A stretch of 64,000 bases of DNA, from NCBI RefSeq assembly GCF_019163035.1, contig NZ_JAFLKV010000015.1:1282-65281 (forward strand), in the 5' to 3' direction. Origin of the DNA: Sulfuricurvum sp. Lineage in GTDB: Bacteria; Campylobacterota; Campylobacteria; Campylobacterales; Sulfurimonadaceae. Positions within the stretch are counted from its first letter, which is position 1; each line of letters starts with the position of its first letter. Positions 1-9,302 of the stretch are shown piece by piece. The position numbers were made by a program, and so were the translations under genes. The notes below the pieces were generated by a model, which did no database searches, was not told the DNA's origin, and worked only from the letters and a program-made list of their open reading frames with translations.

Positions 1-2
1 TT

Positions 3-2129
3 ACAACTAATGCATTAAGTAACGATGTGCTTAATCAAGGAGAGATTACCCTTACAGGTGGAACCAATGCCAGTGCGGTATTTGAAACTACAGCTATTAC
101 AGGAACTATTACCAATGAGGGAAGTATTTCAAACACAGTCACGACCAACAGTGGTGCCGCTGCTGTCAATCTTATGGGAGCTATCACTGGAGGAACTATC
201 ACCAATGCCAGTGGTGCAGATATAACTGTCTCTTCTACAGGGGGAACCAATGCTTTTGCTTTGGGTATTAACTTTGGGGTAGTCAGTGCATCTTCAACCA
301 TCACCAATGCAGGAACTATTACACTAAATTCAACTGGAAATGCTGATGGGATAAAACTAGTTTCCTTAGCAGACTCCAATGTTACCAACAGCGGAACTAT
401 TTCTGTTGATACTAACAACTCTGCAGCTACATCTGTAAAAGGTATATCCATTACAGGTGCTTCGAGCAATTCAGCTATCCAAAACTCAGGAACTATTAGA
501 GCAACGATCAATAATGAACTAGATGCTGACGCATATTCTATAAAAGTACCATCAGGAGTAAATGTTACCAATACTTCTACCGGTAAACTCTATGGAAATC
601 TTCAAGTAAGTGGAAGTGTAACCAACGCAGGGCTTATCTCATTGCCACATAATGCAACAGGGGGTTCTTCTGCATTTATCGGTGGAGATTTAGTCAACAG
701 CGGAACGATCGAAATCGGAGTATTAACCGATGGGACAACCACAACCCACTCGCACCTAAGAGTTGTTGGTGATACCACTTTTAATACAGGTTCAATCCTA
801 AAAGTAAATGTTTTAGAGGCTTCAACAAACGTCGAATTATTAGCCGGCGGAGTATTGGAAAATGTACTTGATAGTGGCACTATCACTATTCATGACCTAA
901 GTGTCCAAGACAATTCGGCACTTTTAAACTTTGAATATGAAGTGGTAGCGGGTGGTGGTGGAACAGATCAAATCGATCTCAACATCGTAGCTGCATCAGA
1001 GGACAATATCGTAGCCTCAACGGTAGCGGGAGGCGGAACGACGAATGCCCAATCAGCTGCGAGCGCATTGCAATCGATCCAAGACGCGGGAGTACCTGCG
1101 GAGATGACAGCATATTTCAGTGCTCTAGGGGGACTGGGGACAGCTGAAGAAGTGGCAGCGGCAGTAGAGTCCACAACACCAGTAGTGGCGACGGCGGCAG
1201 TAGGGACGACAACACAGATCATGAACGGGGTTCAAGGGATCGTAGAGATGCGCCAGAATACGACTATGGGAACAGGGATGAACTCAGGGGATATCGCACT
1301 ACGTGATCAAAACCTCTGGATCAAACCATTCGGAAGCCGAGGTTCTCAAGATAACAAAGACGGAATGAACGGGTTCGAAGTAAAAGCATACGGATTCGGA
1401 ATGGGTTACGATGCAGAAGTAGCACCGAAGCAACGCCTCGGTGCGGCATTCTTCTACACCGATGCTGATGTAGATGTAAACGGAATGGCACAAAGCAGCG
1501 ATGTTAAAGTATACACAGCATTGGTCTATGGAAATATGCCGATCAATACGAATACCGATTTCTTGTTCCAAGTAGGGTATTCATTGCAGAAAACCGAGTC
1601 TGAGCGTGTGGTTATCCCTACCTACGATGTTGCTACAGCGGATTTTACAGCGAAAACAGCATCATTGGATCTCAAACTAATGCAAACCTACGCACTTAAC
1701 AAAGAGATCGTGCTTCGCCCACGCGTAGAGGCTACCTACCGCCACTACAGCAACCCATCGTATTCAGAGAGCGGAGCGGGCACAATGAACCTCGAAGTAG
1801 AGAAATTTACCTCGACCCAATTCATCACCGGAGCAGGGATGATCGGAGAGTACCGAATGAATAAAGAATCGAAACTCATCGCCGATATCCGACTCGGATA
1901 CGACTGGCACCATGACAGCCAAACGGTAACGGCATCGTACCAAGGAGCCGCAGGTGTAGATTTCACAACGGATGGAATCGATAACGGCGGATGGCAGTAC
2001 GATATCGGTTTAGGATATGAAACAGCAAACATCCTCGGGGGTGACATTAATTTCATGTATAATTACCAAGGTCAAGGAAGCAGTTTCGACAACCATGTCC
2101 TCTCTGCCAAATACGTCTGGAAATTCTAA
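3..2129 (+). CDS. Autotransporter (type Va) adhesin-like protein, 5'-truncated by the window edge
   Basis: The frame is open from nt 3. Thr/Ser/Asn/Gly-rich passenger with recurring (I/V)TNxGTI beta-helix-type motifs. C-terminal beta-barrel (LWIKPFGS...) ending in YVWKF, a BamA-type aromatic terminus. Confidence 0.9.
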   Translation, partial: TTNALSNDVLNQGEITLTGGTNASAVFETTAITGTITNEGSISNTVTTNSGAAAVNLMGAITGGTITNASGADITVSSTGGTNAFALGINFGVVSASSTITNAGTITLNSTGNADGIKLVSLADSNVTNSGTISVDTNNSAATSVKGISITGASSNSAIQNSGTIRATINNELDADAYSIKVPSGVNVTNTSTGKLYGNLQVSGSVTNAGLISLPHNATGGSSAFIGGDLVNSGTIEIGVLTDGTTTTHSHLRVVGDTTFNTGSILKVNVLEASTNVELLAGGVLENVLDSGTITIHDLSVQDNSALLNFEYEVVAGGGGTDQIDLNIVAASEDNIVASTVAGGGTTNAQSAASALQSIQDAGVPAEMTAYFSALGGLGTAEEVAAAVESTTPVVATAAVGTTTQIMNGVQGIVEMRQNTTMGTGMNSGDIALRDQNLWIKPFGSRGSQDNKDGMNGFEVKAYGFGMGYDAEVAPKQRLGAAFFYTDADVDVNGMAQSSDVKVYTALVYGNMPINTNTDFLFQVGYSLQKTESERVVIPTYDVATADFTAKTASLDLKLMQTYALNKEIVLRPRVEATYRHYSNPSYSESGAGTMNLEVEKFTSTQFITGAGMIGEYRMNKESKLIADIRLGYDWHHDSQTVTASYQGAAGVDFTTDGIDNGGWQYDIGLGYETANILGGDINFMYNYQGQGSSFDNHVLSAKYVWKF

Positions 2130-2186
2130 GAAAGATATTCTCCCTCACGGGGGAATAACCATACCCTCTAATGAACATAAACAATA
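972..2186 (+). repeat. Copy 1 of a 1,215-bp direct repeat (autotransporter linker + beta-barrel + 57 bp of 3' flank)
   Basis: Matches 4514-5728 (offset 3,542). Translations are identical on both strands in the ORF track, and I saw no mismatch by eye. Confidence 0.95.
2136..2157 (+). terminator. Stem-loop after the autotransporter 1 stop (no U-tract)
   Basis: TATTCTCCC-TCAC-GGGGGAATA, 9-bp stem with one G-U pair. Confidence 0.5.
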
Positions 2187-2239
2187 TCGCAAAATAAATT
2201 TTTAGGTGCGATATGGATGCGATATTGAAACTCTATAAT
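2184..2239 (+). promoter_or_regulatory. Promoter of autotransporter 2 with tandem TGCGATAT boxes
   Basis: TGCGATAT at 2207 and 2218 (11-bp period), inverted copy ATATCGCA at 2184-2191, TATAAT at 2234-2239, AAGGA RBS before ATG 2267. Confidence 0.65.
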
Positions 2240-2266
2240 ACTTCATCAAATACTCTCAAAGGATGA

Positions 2267-5200
2267 ATGATGAAGTATACCCCAGATTACTCTTCACGGT
2301 TTCGGATTCTCAAAGGTGGGAAGATTTCCCTAGTGGTTTCAGCTTTATTGGTAAGCTCAAGTGCGATAGTAGGTGATGCCAATGCACAAAACTTAACTAG
2401 CGGTACCAATTCGATTAATGCTGATGATGTAACCGCCGTCACAACGGCAATTACCAATCTAACGGGTAGTAATGTCTTTATTGACAATATGGATCATAAT
2501 ACCATTATCCAAATAGGTCATAGTATTTCCGCTACCAATCCTGCAGGCGATGATGATTCTACGATAGAGATTGCTGATTTTAATGATGCAAGTATCACTA
2601 TTGATTCTGGGGTAACCGTAAGTTCTACGACCGATACAGGAACTAAAAAAGCAGTTGCTCTTGGTTTTTTTCAAGGAGTTATGGGGGGAGCAAATCCTCT
2701 TAGCGGTACTATTACCAATAATGGTACCCTTGAAGCCGATAGTAGTTCTAGATATGCCATAGGGATAAAATTTGGTGGGGTTGCTTTAAATGGAGCAGAT
2801 ATCACTAACAATGGAACTATCGATGCTAATAGTACGAGTACAGTTGGTGCATTTGGTATTGAAAGTACCGGTGCTATTACAAACAGTGGGATTGAAAATG
2901 CGGGTACTATTAGTGTCTCTTCATCTAATATTGAAGCTAGTGGTTTAAAATTATTTACCTTGACAGATTCAGGCATCTTAAATGCAGAGGGTGCAACGAT
3001 AGATGTTACTAGTGTTGGTGCTGCATTTGCTATTAAGGTTACCAGTGCTATTGGAACGAGTACGATTGAAAATGCGGGTATTATAAATGCTAGTTCGGTT
3101 GCCGATGCTGCTACGGGCATAGCACTAACTTCGGTGACAAGCTCTAGTGTTACCAACAGCGGCACTTTAAATGTCACGAGTTATGGGATTGCAACTGGTA
3201 TTGCTACACAAGGTTCTGTGTCAGGAACTACCCTAAGCAACACAGGTACTATGACCATAGAATCGACAAATTCTGCTCTAGCTAGCGGTTTCAATCTTGC
3301 AAGTATGAGTGGAATCGATACTACGGTTATCAATGATGGTGATATCAATCTTATTTCAAATAGTGATGACGGCAGAGGTATTCGCATTGGTTTTGGCGGT
3401 GTGGCAACAGGTTTACAGGTGACTAACTCTGGGACGATCAATCTTGATGGTGTTATGGGATGGATTTCAGGGATGGACATCAGTACAGTTTTATCAGACA
3501 GTGCTACAAGAGAAGCGATCATCACCAACTCTGGAACGATAACTGCGAATATTACGGGTGGAAGCTCAACTTATAATATTGGTATAGATATACAAGCTAA
3601 CATGAATGCTGCATCACAGGTTGTAAACACCGCGGATGGTCTTATCTCTCTTACAAACGACACTAGCACAGATCTATTTGGTATCCGAGTGGATAGTGAT
3701 ATGTATGCTAGTTCTAGTATTACCAATGCAGGGACTATCTCTATAACCTCTGGTGAAGATGGGTTTGGTATCAACGTTTCTTCGATGCACGACAGCACTT
3801 CTGTGCTCAATAGCGACAGTATCGAAGTAGATGCAGTAAATGAAGCTGTTGGTATCAAAGTTGGTGGTATGTATTTGGATACTACTAGTCCATATAATCC
3901 TTTAGCTTCGATTACCAATAGCGGCACCATCACGGTCAATGCGGGTACAGGTTATGTATCTAAAGGTATCTATGTTGGGTCGACTGAGAATTATAGTACT
4001 CCTAGTCAATTCAATATCACCAACAGCGGAACTATCACCGTTACGGTAAATGATGAAGCGAGTTCGGATGGATTAGCTCTTTATGGAACCAGTCAAACAG
4101 CGCTCAATGTGACCAACACCTCTACAGGGGAGCTTGATGGAAATATTCATCTCTCTAACTACTCAACCCTTACCAATGCAGGAACCATCTCTTTGCCACA
4201 TGATGCTAATGGTGATGCGGATCATGATGCTTTTGTAGGTACTTTTGTCAATAGCGGAACTTTAACTATCGGACTTTTAACCGATGGAACGACGACAACC
4301 CACTCGCAACTTGCAACTACTGATGCTACGTTTGAAGATGGAAGTACGATTAGTGTTAATGTACTGGCGGCTTCTACTAATGTAGCGCTTATCCAAGGGA
4401 CAACCTTAGAAGATGTTGTGAGTGCAAGCAATAGCTTAACAATCAACGGAACGTTAAACGTTACCGATAATTCTGAACTATTGGCATTTGAATACGTAGA
4501 AGATGGAGAGACGATCGATCTCAACATCGTAGCTGCATCAGAGGACAATATCGTAGCCTCAACGGTAGCGGGAGGCGGAACGACGAATGCCCAATCAGCT
4601 GCGAGCGCATTGCAATCGATCCAAGACGCGGGAGTACCTGCGGAGATGACAGCATATTTCAGTGCTCTAGGGGGACTGGGGACAGCTGAAGAAGTGGCAG
4701 CGGCAGTAGAGTCCACAACACCAGTAGTGGCGACGGCGGCAGTAGGGACGACAACACAGATCATGAACGGGGTTCAAGGGATCGTAGAGATGCGCCAGAA
4801 TACGACTATGGGAACAGGGATGAACTCAGGGGATATCGCACTACGTGATCAAAACCTCTGGATCAAACCATTCGGAAGCCGAGGTTCTCAAGATAACAAA
4901 GACGGAATGAACGGGTTCGAAGTAAAAGCATACGGATTCGGAATGGGTTACGATGCAGAAGTAGCACCGAAGCAACGCCTCGGTGCGGCATTCTTCTACA
5001 CCGATGCTGATGTAGATGTAAACGGAATGGCACAAAGCAGCGATGTTAAAGTATACACAGCATTGGTCTATGGAAATATGCCGATCAATACGAATACCGA
5101 TTTCTTGTTCCAAGTAGGGTATTCATTGCAGAAAACCGAGTCTGAGCGTGTGGTTATCCCTACCTACGATGTTGCTACAGCGGATTTTACAGCGAAAACA

Positions 5201-5671
5201 GCATCATTGGATCTCAAACTAATGCAAACCTACGCACTTAACAAAGAGATCGTGCTTCGCCCACGCGTAGAGGCTACCTACCGCCACTACAGCAACCCAT
5301 CGTATTCAGAGAGCGGAGCGGGCACAATGAACCTCGAAGTAGAGAAATTTACCTCGACCCAATTCATCACCGGAGCAGGGATGATCGGAGAGTACCGAAT
5401 GAATAAAGAATCGAAACTCATCGCCGATATCCGACTCGGATACGACTGGCACCATGACAGCCAAACGGTAACGGCATCGTACCAAGGAGCCGCAGGTGTA
5501 GATTTCACAACGGATGGAATCGATAACGGCGGATGGCAGTACGATATCGGTTTAGGATATGAAACAGCAAACATCCTCGGGGGTGACATTAATTTCATGT
5601 ATAATTACCAAGGTCAAGGAAGCAGTTTCGACAACCATGTCCTCTCTGCCAAATACGTCTGGAAATTCTAA
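2267..5671 (+). CDS. Autotransporter adhesin-like protein, 1134 aa
   Basis: Extended N-terminal signal region (MKYTPDYSSRFRILKGGKISLVVSALL), many NxGTI repeats, and a C-terminal barrel identical to that of the upstream gene. Confidence 0.92.
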   Translation: MMKYTPDYSSRFRILKGGKISLVVSALLVSSSAIVGDANAQNLTSGTNSINADDVTAVTTAITNLTGSNVFIDNMDHNTIIQIGHSISATNPAGDDDSTIEIADFNDASITIDSGVTVSSTTDTGTKKAVALGFFQGVMGGANPLSGTITNNGTLEADSSSRYAIGIKFGGVALNGADITNNGTIDANSTSTVGAFGIESTGAITNSGIENAGTISVSSSNIEASGLKLFTLTDSGILNAEGATIDVTSVGAAFAIKVTSAIGTSTIENAGIINASSVADAATGIALTSVTSSSVTNSGTLNVTSYGIATGIATQGSVSGTTLSNTGTMTIESTNSALASGFNLASMSGIDTTVINDGDINLISNSDDGRGIRIGFGGVATGLQVTNSGTINLDGVMGWISGMDISTVLSDSATREAIITNSGTITANITGGSSTYNIGIDIQANMNAASQVVNTADGLISLTNDTSTDLFGIRVDSDMYASSSITNAGTISITSGEDGFGINVSSMHDSTSVLNSDSIEVDAVNEAVGIKVGGMYLDTTSPYNPLASITNSGTITVNAGTGYVSKGIYVGSTENYSTPSQFNITNSGTITVTVNDEASSDGLALYGTSQTALNVTNTSTGELDGNIHLSNYSTLTNAGTISLPHDANGDADHDAFVGTFVNSGTLTIGLLTDGTTTTHSQLATTDATFEDGSTISVNVLAASTNVALIQGTTLEDVVSASNSLTINGTLNVTDNSELLAFEYVEDGETIDLNIVAASEDNIVASTVAGGGTTNAQSAASALQSIQDAGVPAEMTAYFSALGGLGTAEEVAAAVESTTPVVATAAVGTTTQIMNGVQGIVEMRQNTTMGTGMNSGDIALRDQNLWIKPFGSRGSQDNKDGMNGFEVKAYGFGMGYDAEVAPKQRLGAAFFYTDADVDVNGMAQSSDVKVYTALVYGNMPINTNTDFLFQVGYSLQKTESERVVIPTYDVATADFTAKTASLDLKLMQTYALNKEIVLRPRVEATYRHYSNPSYSESGAGTMNLEVEKFTSTQFITGAGMIGEYRMNKESKLIADIRLGYDWHHDSQTVTASYQGAAGVDFTTDGIDNGGWQYDIGLGYETANILGGDINFMYNYQGQGSSFDNHVLSAKYVWKF

Positions 5672-5728
5672 GAAAGATATTCTCCCTCACGGGGGAATAA
5701 CCATACCCTCTAATGAACATAAACAATA
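4514..5728 (+). repeat. Copy 2 of the 1,215-bp direct repeat
   Basis: Identical by eye to 972-2186. It includes the ATG (5713) of the downstream ORF. Confidence 0.95.
5678..5699 (+). terminator. Stem-loop after the autotransporter 2 stop (no U-tract)
   Basis: Same hairpin as 2136-2157. Confidence 0.5.
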
Positions 5729-7554
5729 GCCCTATTTTTTCACTAAGTGTTGATTCCAAAGATACCAAACTCTACAAAGGGTATGTTTTTGGAATGGAAC
5801 ACTCCAGTGTCTATTTTACGATGAATCTGAGTGCTCTGTTCCCGATCGATTGCAGTGCGATTCAAGCTTATTGTCATGAGCGCTTGGGTATCGAGTGTTC
5901 CGATATGGGGTATTGGTCCAATGGAGAAGCGGTGATAGAGTGGATTATCCGAATGCTCCAATCCATCCAAAAAGAGTGCAAAATACCGATTTATCAAGGG
6001 GGAAGATTTCTCCATTGTGAAAAAATCGATGAGAATCGATATCGTATCGGTGTTACATTCGCCTATGTCCATCTTGGACCGATGCAAAAAATCCTAGTCT
6101 ATCTTTTAACACTCATCCATGGGATACTCAATAACACGAAAACGAGCGATGATTTGGATCAAGAGTATCGAAAAGTGATCGAAGAGAGCAAAAAATACGC
6201 CCATCAGGGGATCAATGCCATCCGTTTTTTCGATGCGGCTCATGCGCTGAAGATACCGTTTGATCTCTATTCAGAAAATATCTCTATTTTCGGGCAAGGG
6301 GTACATTCACGCCTTTTAGAGAGTACGATGAGCGATCACAGTGGTATGCTCGGAGTCACGATCGCCGGAAACAAATTTCGGACGAACCGAGTGCTTCGAT
6401 CGTGCGGTTTGCCTGTACCGAACCAAAGGGTCGTTACCGATATCGATTCGGCACTCAGATCGGCACAAGAGATCGGATATCCTGTCGTTATCAAACCTTA
6501 TGATTTAGAGGGTGGGACGGGAGTTTTCGCGGGGTTGGAAGATCCTCAAAGTCTCAGAAAAGCGTTTAACATGAGCGCGGAGTTTTCGAAAAATCTGGTG
6601 ATAGAACAACATATTTTTGGAAAAGATTATCGTCTAACGGTTTTTGAGGGGAGAGTGATTAAAACGATCTTACGCACCCCTGGCGGAGTGATGGGAGATG
6701 GGATCAAAAATATCACCGAGTTGGTAGAAGAGGCTCAAAATCATCCCCAAATCAAACGCCGAAGCAAAGAAAAAGGGAAGATGGTTTTACAGCTGGATGA
6801 AGAGGCGTGCGATCTGCTCCGACAATACGGAAAAAATCAAACGACGATTCCGGATAAAAATGAATTTATCCCTCTTCGGCGAAAAGCGAATGCGTACACG
6901 GGAGGGTTGACCTATCTGGTAGAGCCGTGTGACATTCATCCCGATAACCTCGCATTAGCGATCCGTGCTGTCGATGCCCTTAGGCTCGATATTGCGGGTG
7001 TCGATTTACTGATTGAGGATATCTCACGCTCTTATTTAGAGTTCGTATGCGCGATTTGTGAAATTAACGCTCAGCCTCAAATCGGTAACAGCGATACCCC
7101 TGCGATCTATCAAGAGATCCTCTCTCATTTGGTTTTGCATGGGGGGAGAATTCCGATTGTTTTACTGTTTGGGAGCGAAGAGAACGTCTTTGAGAAGCTT
7201 CAAACATTGTTTACCCAAATTTTTAAAATGGTAGGGGTATACGAAAACGAGACAATCATGATCGGCGAAAGGGTTACTGCGAAGAACATTACGTTTTATG
7301 AGGGGGCCAAAGCACTGCTCAATACCAAAGAGGTAGAAGCGCTTCTATGTCGCGTTCAATCCCCTCATGAACTTATAGAGGGCTTGCCGTTTAGCCGATG
7401 CGATTGGCTCATCGTTTCAGACGATTTCGGAGGTTTATCCGCACGTTTTTTCGAGCATGCCGAGCATGTCGAGGTCATTTCAGTTGAACACGAGCAGGGT
7501 GAAGGATCGATACTCCAAAAAATAGCCACGTCATACCAAGGAGATGAGAGATGA
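5713..7554 (+). CDS. Cyanophycin-synthetase-like ATP-grasp ligase with degenerate Mur-ligase domain
   Basis: CphA G-domain-like motifs (GYPVVIKP, IEQHIFGKDYRLTV, RRKANAYTGG, DIHPDN, LDIAGVDLL, ICEINAQP). It has RIPIVLLFGSEEN where CphA1 has the RIPI..VTGTNGKT P-loop. The start codon is uncertain (no clear RBS). Confidence 0.75.
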   Translation: MNINNSPIFSLSVDSKDTKLYKGYVFGMEHSSVYFTMNLSALFPIDCSAIQAYCHERLGIECSDMGYWSNGEAVIEWIIRMLQSIQKECKIPIYQGGRFLHCEKIDENRYRIGVTFAYVHLGPMQKILVYLLTLIHGILNNTKTSDDLDQEYRKVIEESKKYAHQGINAIRFFDAAHALKIPFDLYSENISIFGQGVHSRLLESTMSDHSGMLGVTIAGNKFRTNRVLRSCGLPVPNQRVVTDIDSALRSAQEIGYPVVIKPYDLEGGTGVFAGLEDPQSLRKAFNMSAEFSKNLVIEQHIFGKDYRLTVFEGRVIKTILRTPGGVMGDGIKNITELVEEAQNHPQIKRRSKEKGKMVLQLDEEACDLLRQYGKNQTTIPDKNEFIPLRRKANAYTGGLTYLVEPCDIHPDNLALAIRAVDALRLDIAGVDLLIEDISRSYLEFVCAICEINAQPQIGNSDTPAIYQEILSHLVLHGGRIPIVLLFGSEENVFEKLQTLFTQIFKMVGVYENETIMIGERVTAKNITFYEGAKALLNTKEVEALLCRVQSPHELIEGLPFSRCDWLIVSDDFGGLSARFFEHAEHVEVISVEHEQGEGSILQKIATSYQGDER

Positions 7555-8363
7555 TGAATAAGATAGTGTATTCACTCCAAAAATTGGCATCGTTACAGGT
7601 AAAAACCGCCCATCGACATTGTTGCGATAAGTGTAGAGGATATCACGTGTCCTGGCCTATTTTACGTGCCAACGCCCTCGTCGGGGGTATCGATTCGGAT
7701 AAAGATATCTATGTCCAATGCATCAATCAGCAGTTTTCTAACCGAAACAATATGAATATTTTAATCGCAGGATGTGCCGATAGCGGGATTTTGAACATGC
7801 TTTTTGCGACCGATATCACTGGTGCTTATATCGACATCGTCGATCGATGTATGACCCCGCTGGAGTGTTCGATCACTGCTGTAGCCGATAGCTCTGATAT
7901 TACGATTATACACAATGATTTGCTCACCTTTGTACCGGAAAAAAAGTACGATTTGATCGTTTGCCATTCGTTGCTTCCGTTTTTCGACGATGAGGGGAGG
8001 GGAAGATTGTTGAGAAATTTTGCCCTATGGCTGGATAGGGGTGGGAAGCTCCTCATCAGTATGCGCAACAAAACAGAGGATAATAGCCCTGATGATATCG
8101 GTGTATGGATCGAGCAAAAAACACAAACCGCTTTTGAGCGTGTAGATACAAAAGAGAATACGTATTTTAGAAGAGATGATTTGGTGGATTACTATACGAT
8201 GATGAGCCGTCAAAATCTCCCCTATCGCACGGTGGATGAGGCAGAGCAAGAATTTCGCTCATTCGGGCTTAAGATTCAGGATTCCTATATCGGAGGAAAG
8301 GGTTTGAGCTTTGTATCCAACGGCAATAATCCACATTCGCTTATTTTAGTCGCAGGATTATAG
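7551..8363 (+). CDS. Class I SAM-dependent methyltransferase
   Basis: ILIAGCADSG (motif I-like), IVDRC, YDLIVCH, WLDRGGKLLI. N-terminal CxxC..YH. ATGA overlap with the upstream stop. Confidence 0.75.
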   Translation: MMNKIVYSLQKLASLQVKTAHRHCCDKCRGYHVSWPILRANALVGGIDSDKDIYVQCINQQFSNRNNMNILIAGCADSGILNMLFATDITGAYIDIVDRCMTPLECSITAVADSSDITIIHNDLLTFVPEKKYDLIVCHSLLPFFDDEGRGRLLRNFALWLDRGGKLLISMRNKTEDNSPDDIGVWIEQKTQTAFERVDTKENTYFRRDDLVDYYTMMSRQNLPYRTVDEAEQEFRSFGLKIQDSYIGGKGLSFVSNGNNPHSLILVAGL

Positions 8364-8384
8364 AAGTATCATTTTTTATAATTT

Positions 8385-8417
8385 TGCGATATGAATGCGA
8401 TCTTAATACGTAATAAT
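8385..8417 (+). promoter_or_regulatory. Second copy of the TGCGAT tandem-box promoter, upstream of the 9-gene operon
   Basis: TGCGATAT-GAA-TGCGATCT at 8385/8396 (11-bp period). AATAAT lies at the same distance as TATAAT in the 2207 copy. Confidence 0.6.
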
Positions 8418-8445
8418 TAGTTAATTTGATGAGAAAGGAGAGCAT

Positions 8446-9282
8446 TTGTCCTATAACACTGCTTTCACCCTTATCTTTATGCTCTTATTTTCTGGGTGTT
8501 CTGCAGTCCCTTCTCTACGAGAGAGGCAACAAAAGTTGTCGTCTCTTTCATCACAGTATCACTGGAAATCCGATACGATTCAGACTCCCTATTTTTCGTT
8601 GTACTCGTTACAAGATTTTTCACGTTGTGAAGATAAAAGTATGCGAGTCTATATCGAGGGAGATGGTTTCGCATGGAAAACACGCTCGAAACTCTCAGAT
8701 AATCCAACCCCGATCAATCCTCTGGCGGCTAAACTTATGGCGGCTGATCCAACTCGATGTAAAGTTTATATTGCCCGACCCTGTCAATACACGAATGATT
8801 CAAAATGTCATAGCGAGTATTGGGGTTCACGCCGTTTTAGTCGGGAGATCATCGATAGCTACCAAGATGCGTTGAATCAAATCAAAAAGAGCAATGGCAT
8901 AGAACAATTTGATATAATCGGTTATTCAGGAGGCGGGGCGATTGCAGTGTTGAGTGCAGAGGGGCGTCATGATGTTCGTCATATCATCACGGTTGCGGGA
9001 AATCTCGATACCGATGGATGGGTTGCTTACCATGCTCTTTCGCCGTTAGAGGGATCGTTGAATCCCGCTGATAAAGCCGATGCGGTATCAAACATACCTC
9101 AAACCCATTTTGTGGGGGGTAAAGATACCGTTGTTCCAATCGATATGTTTCAAAGCTATTCCAAAAGGGTCTCAAAACCAAATCGACTCCGTAACGTGAT
9201 ATGCGAGGAGTGCACTCATAGCGATGGGTGGATTGAGAGATGGAGAGAATGGATCGTTCAGATAAATGATAGAGAAAAATAA
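8446..9282 (+). CDS. Lipoprotein alpha/beta hydrolase (putative esterase)
   Basis: AAGGAG RBS with TTG start. Lipobox LFSG-C, YIEGDG, nucleophile GYSGG, GGKDTVVP (Asp), CTHSDGW (His). Confidence 0.85.
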   Translation: MSYNTAFTLIFMLLFSGCSAVPSLRERQQKLSSLSSQYHWKSDTIQTPYFSLYSLQDFSRCEDKSMRVYIEGDGFAWKTRSKLSDNPTPINPLAAKLMAADPTRCKVYIARPCQYTNDSKCHSEYWGSRRFSREIIDSYQDALNQIKKSNGIEQFDIIGYSGGGAIAVLSAEGRHDVRHIITVAGNLDTDGWVAYHALSPLEGSLNPADKADAVSNIPQTHFVGGKDTVVPIDMFQSYSKRVSKPNRLRNVICEECTHSDGWIERWREWIVQINDREK

Positions 9283-9302
9283 TCAAAAAAAGGGATATAT
9301 CT

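Noticed and set aside
35-5598. Many minus-strand ORFs over the autotransporters (for example 35-571, 2671-3177, 4222-4764)
   Set aside because: They are antisense shadows of low-complexity Thr/Ser/Gly codons, with no RBS or recognisable motifs.
3-5728. Diversity-generating retroelement or CRISPR explanation for the repeats
   Set aside because: The copies show no adenine-specific mismatches, no reverse transcriptase or cas gene is present, and there is no repeat-spacer periodicity.
5713-7554. Canonical cyanophycin synthetase cphA
   Set aside because: It is shorter than CphA1, the Mur P-loop is missing and no cphB is nearby, so I did not assign the symbol.
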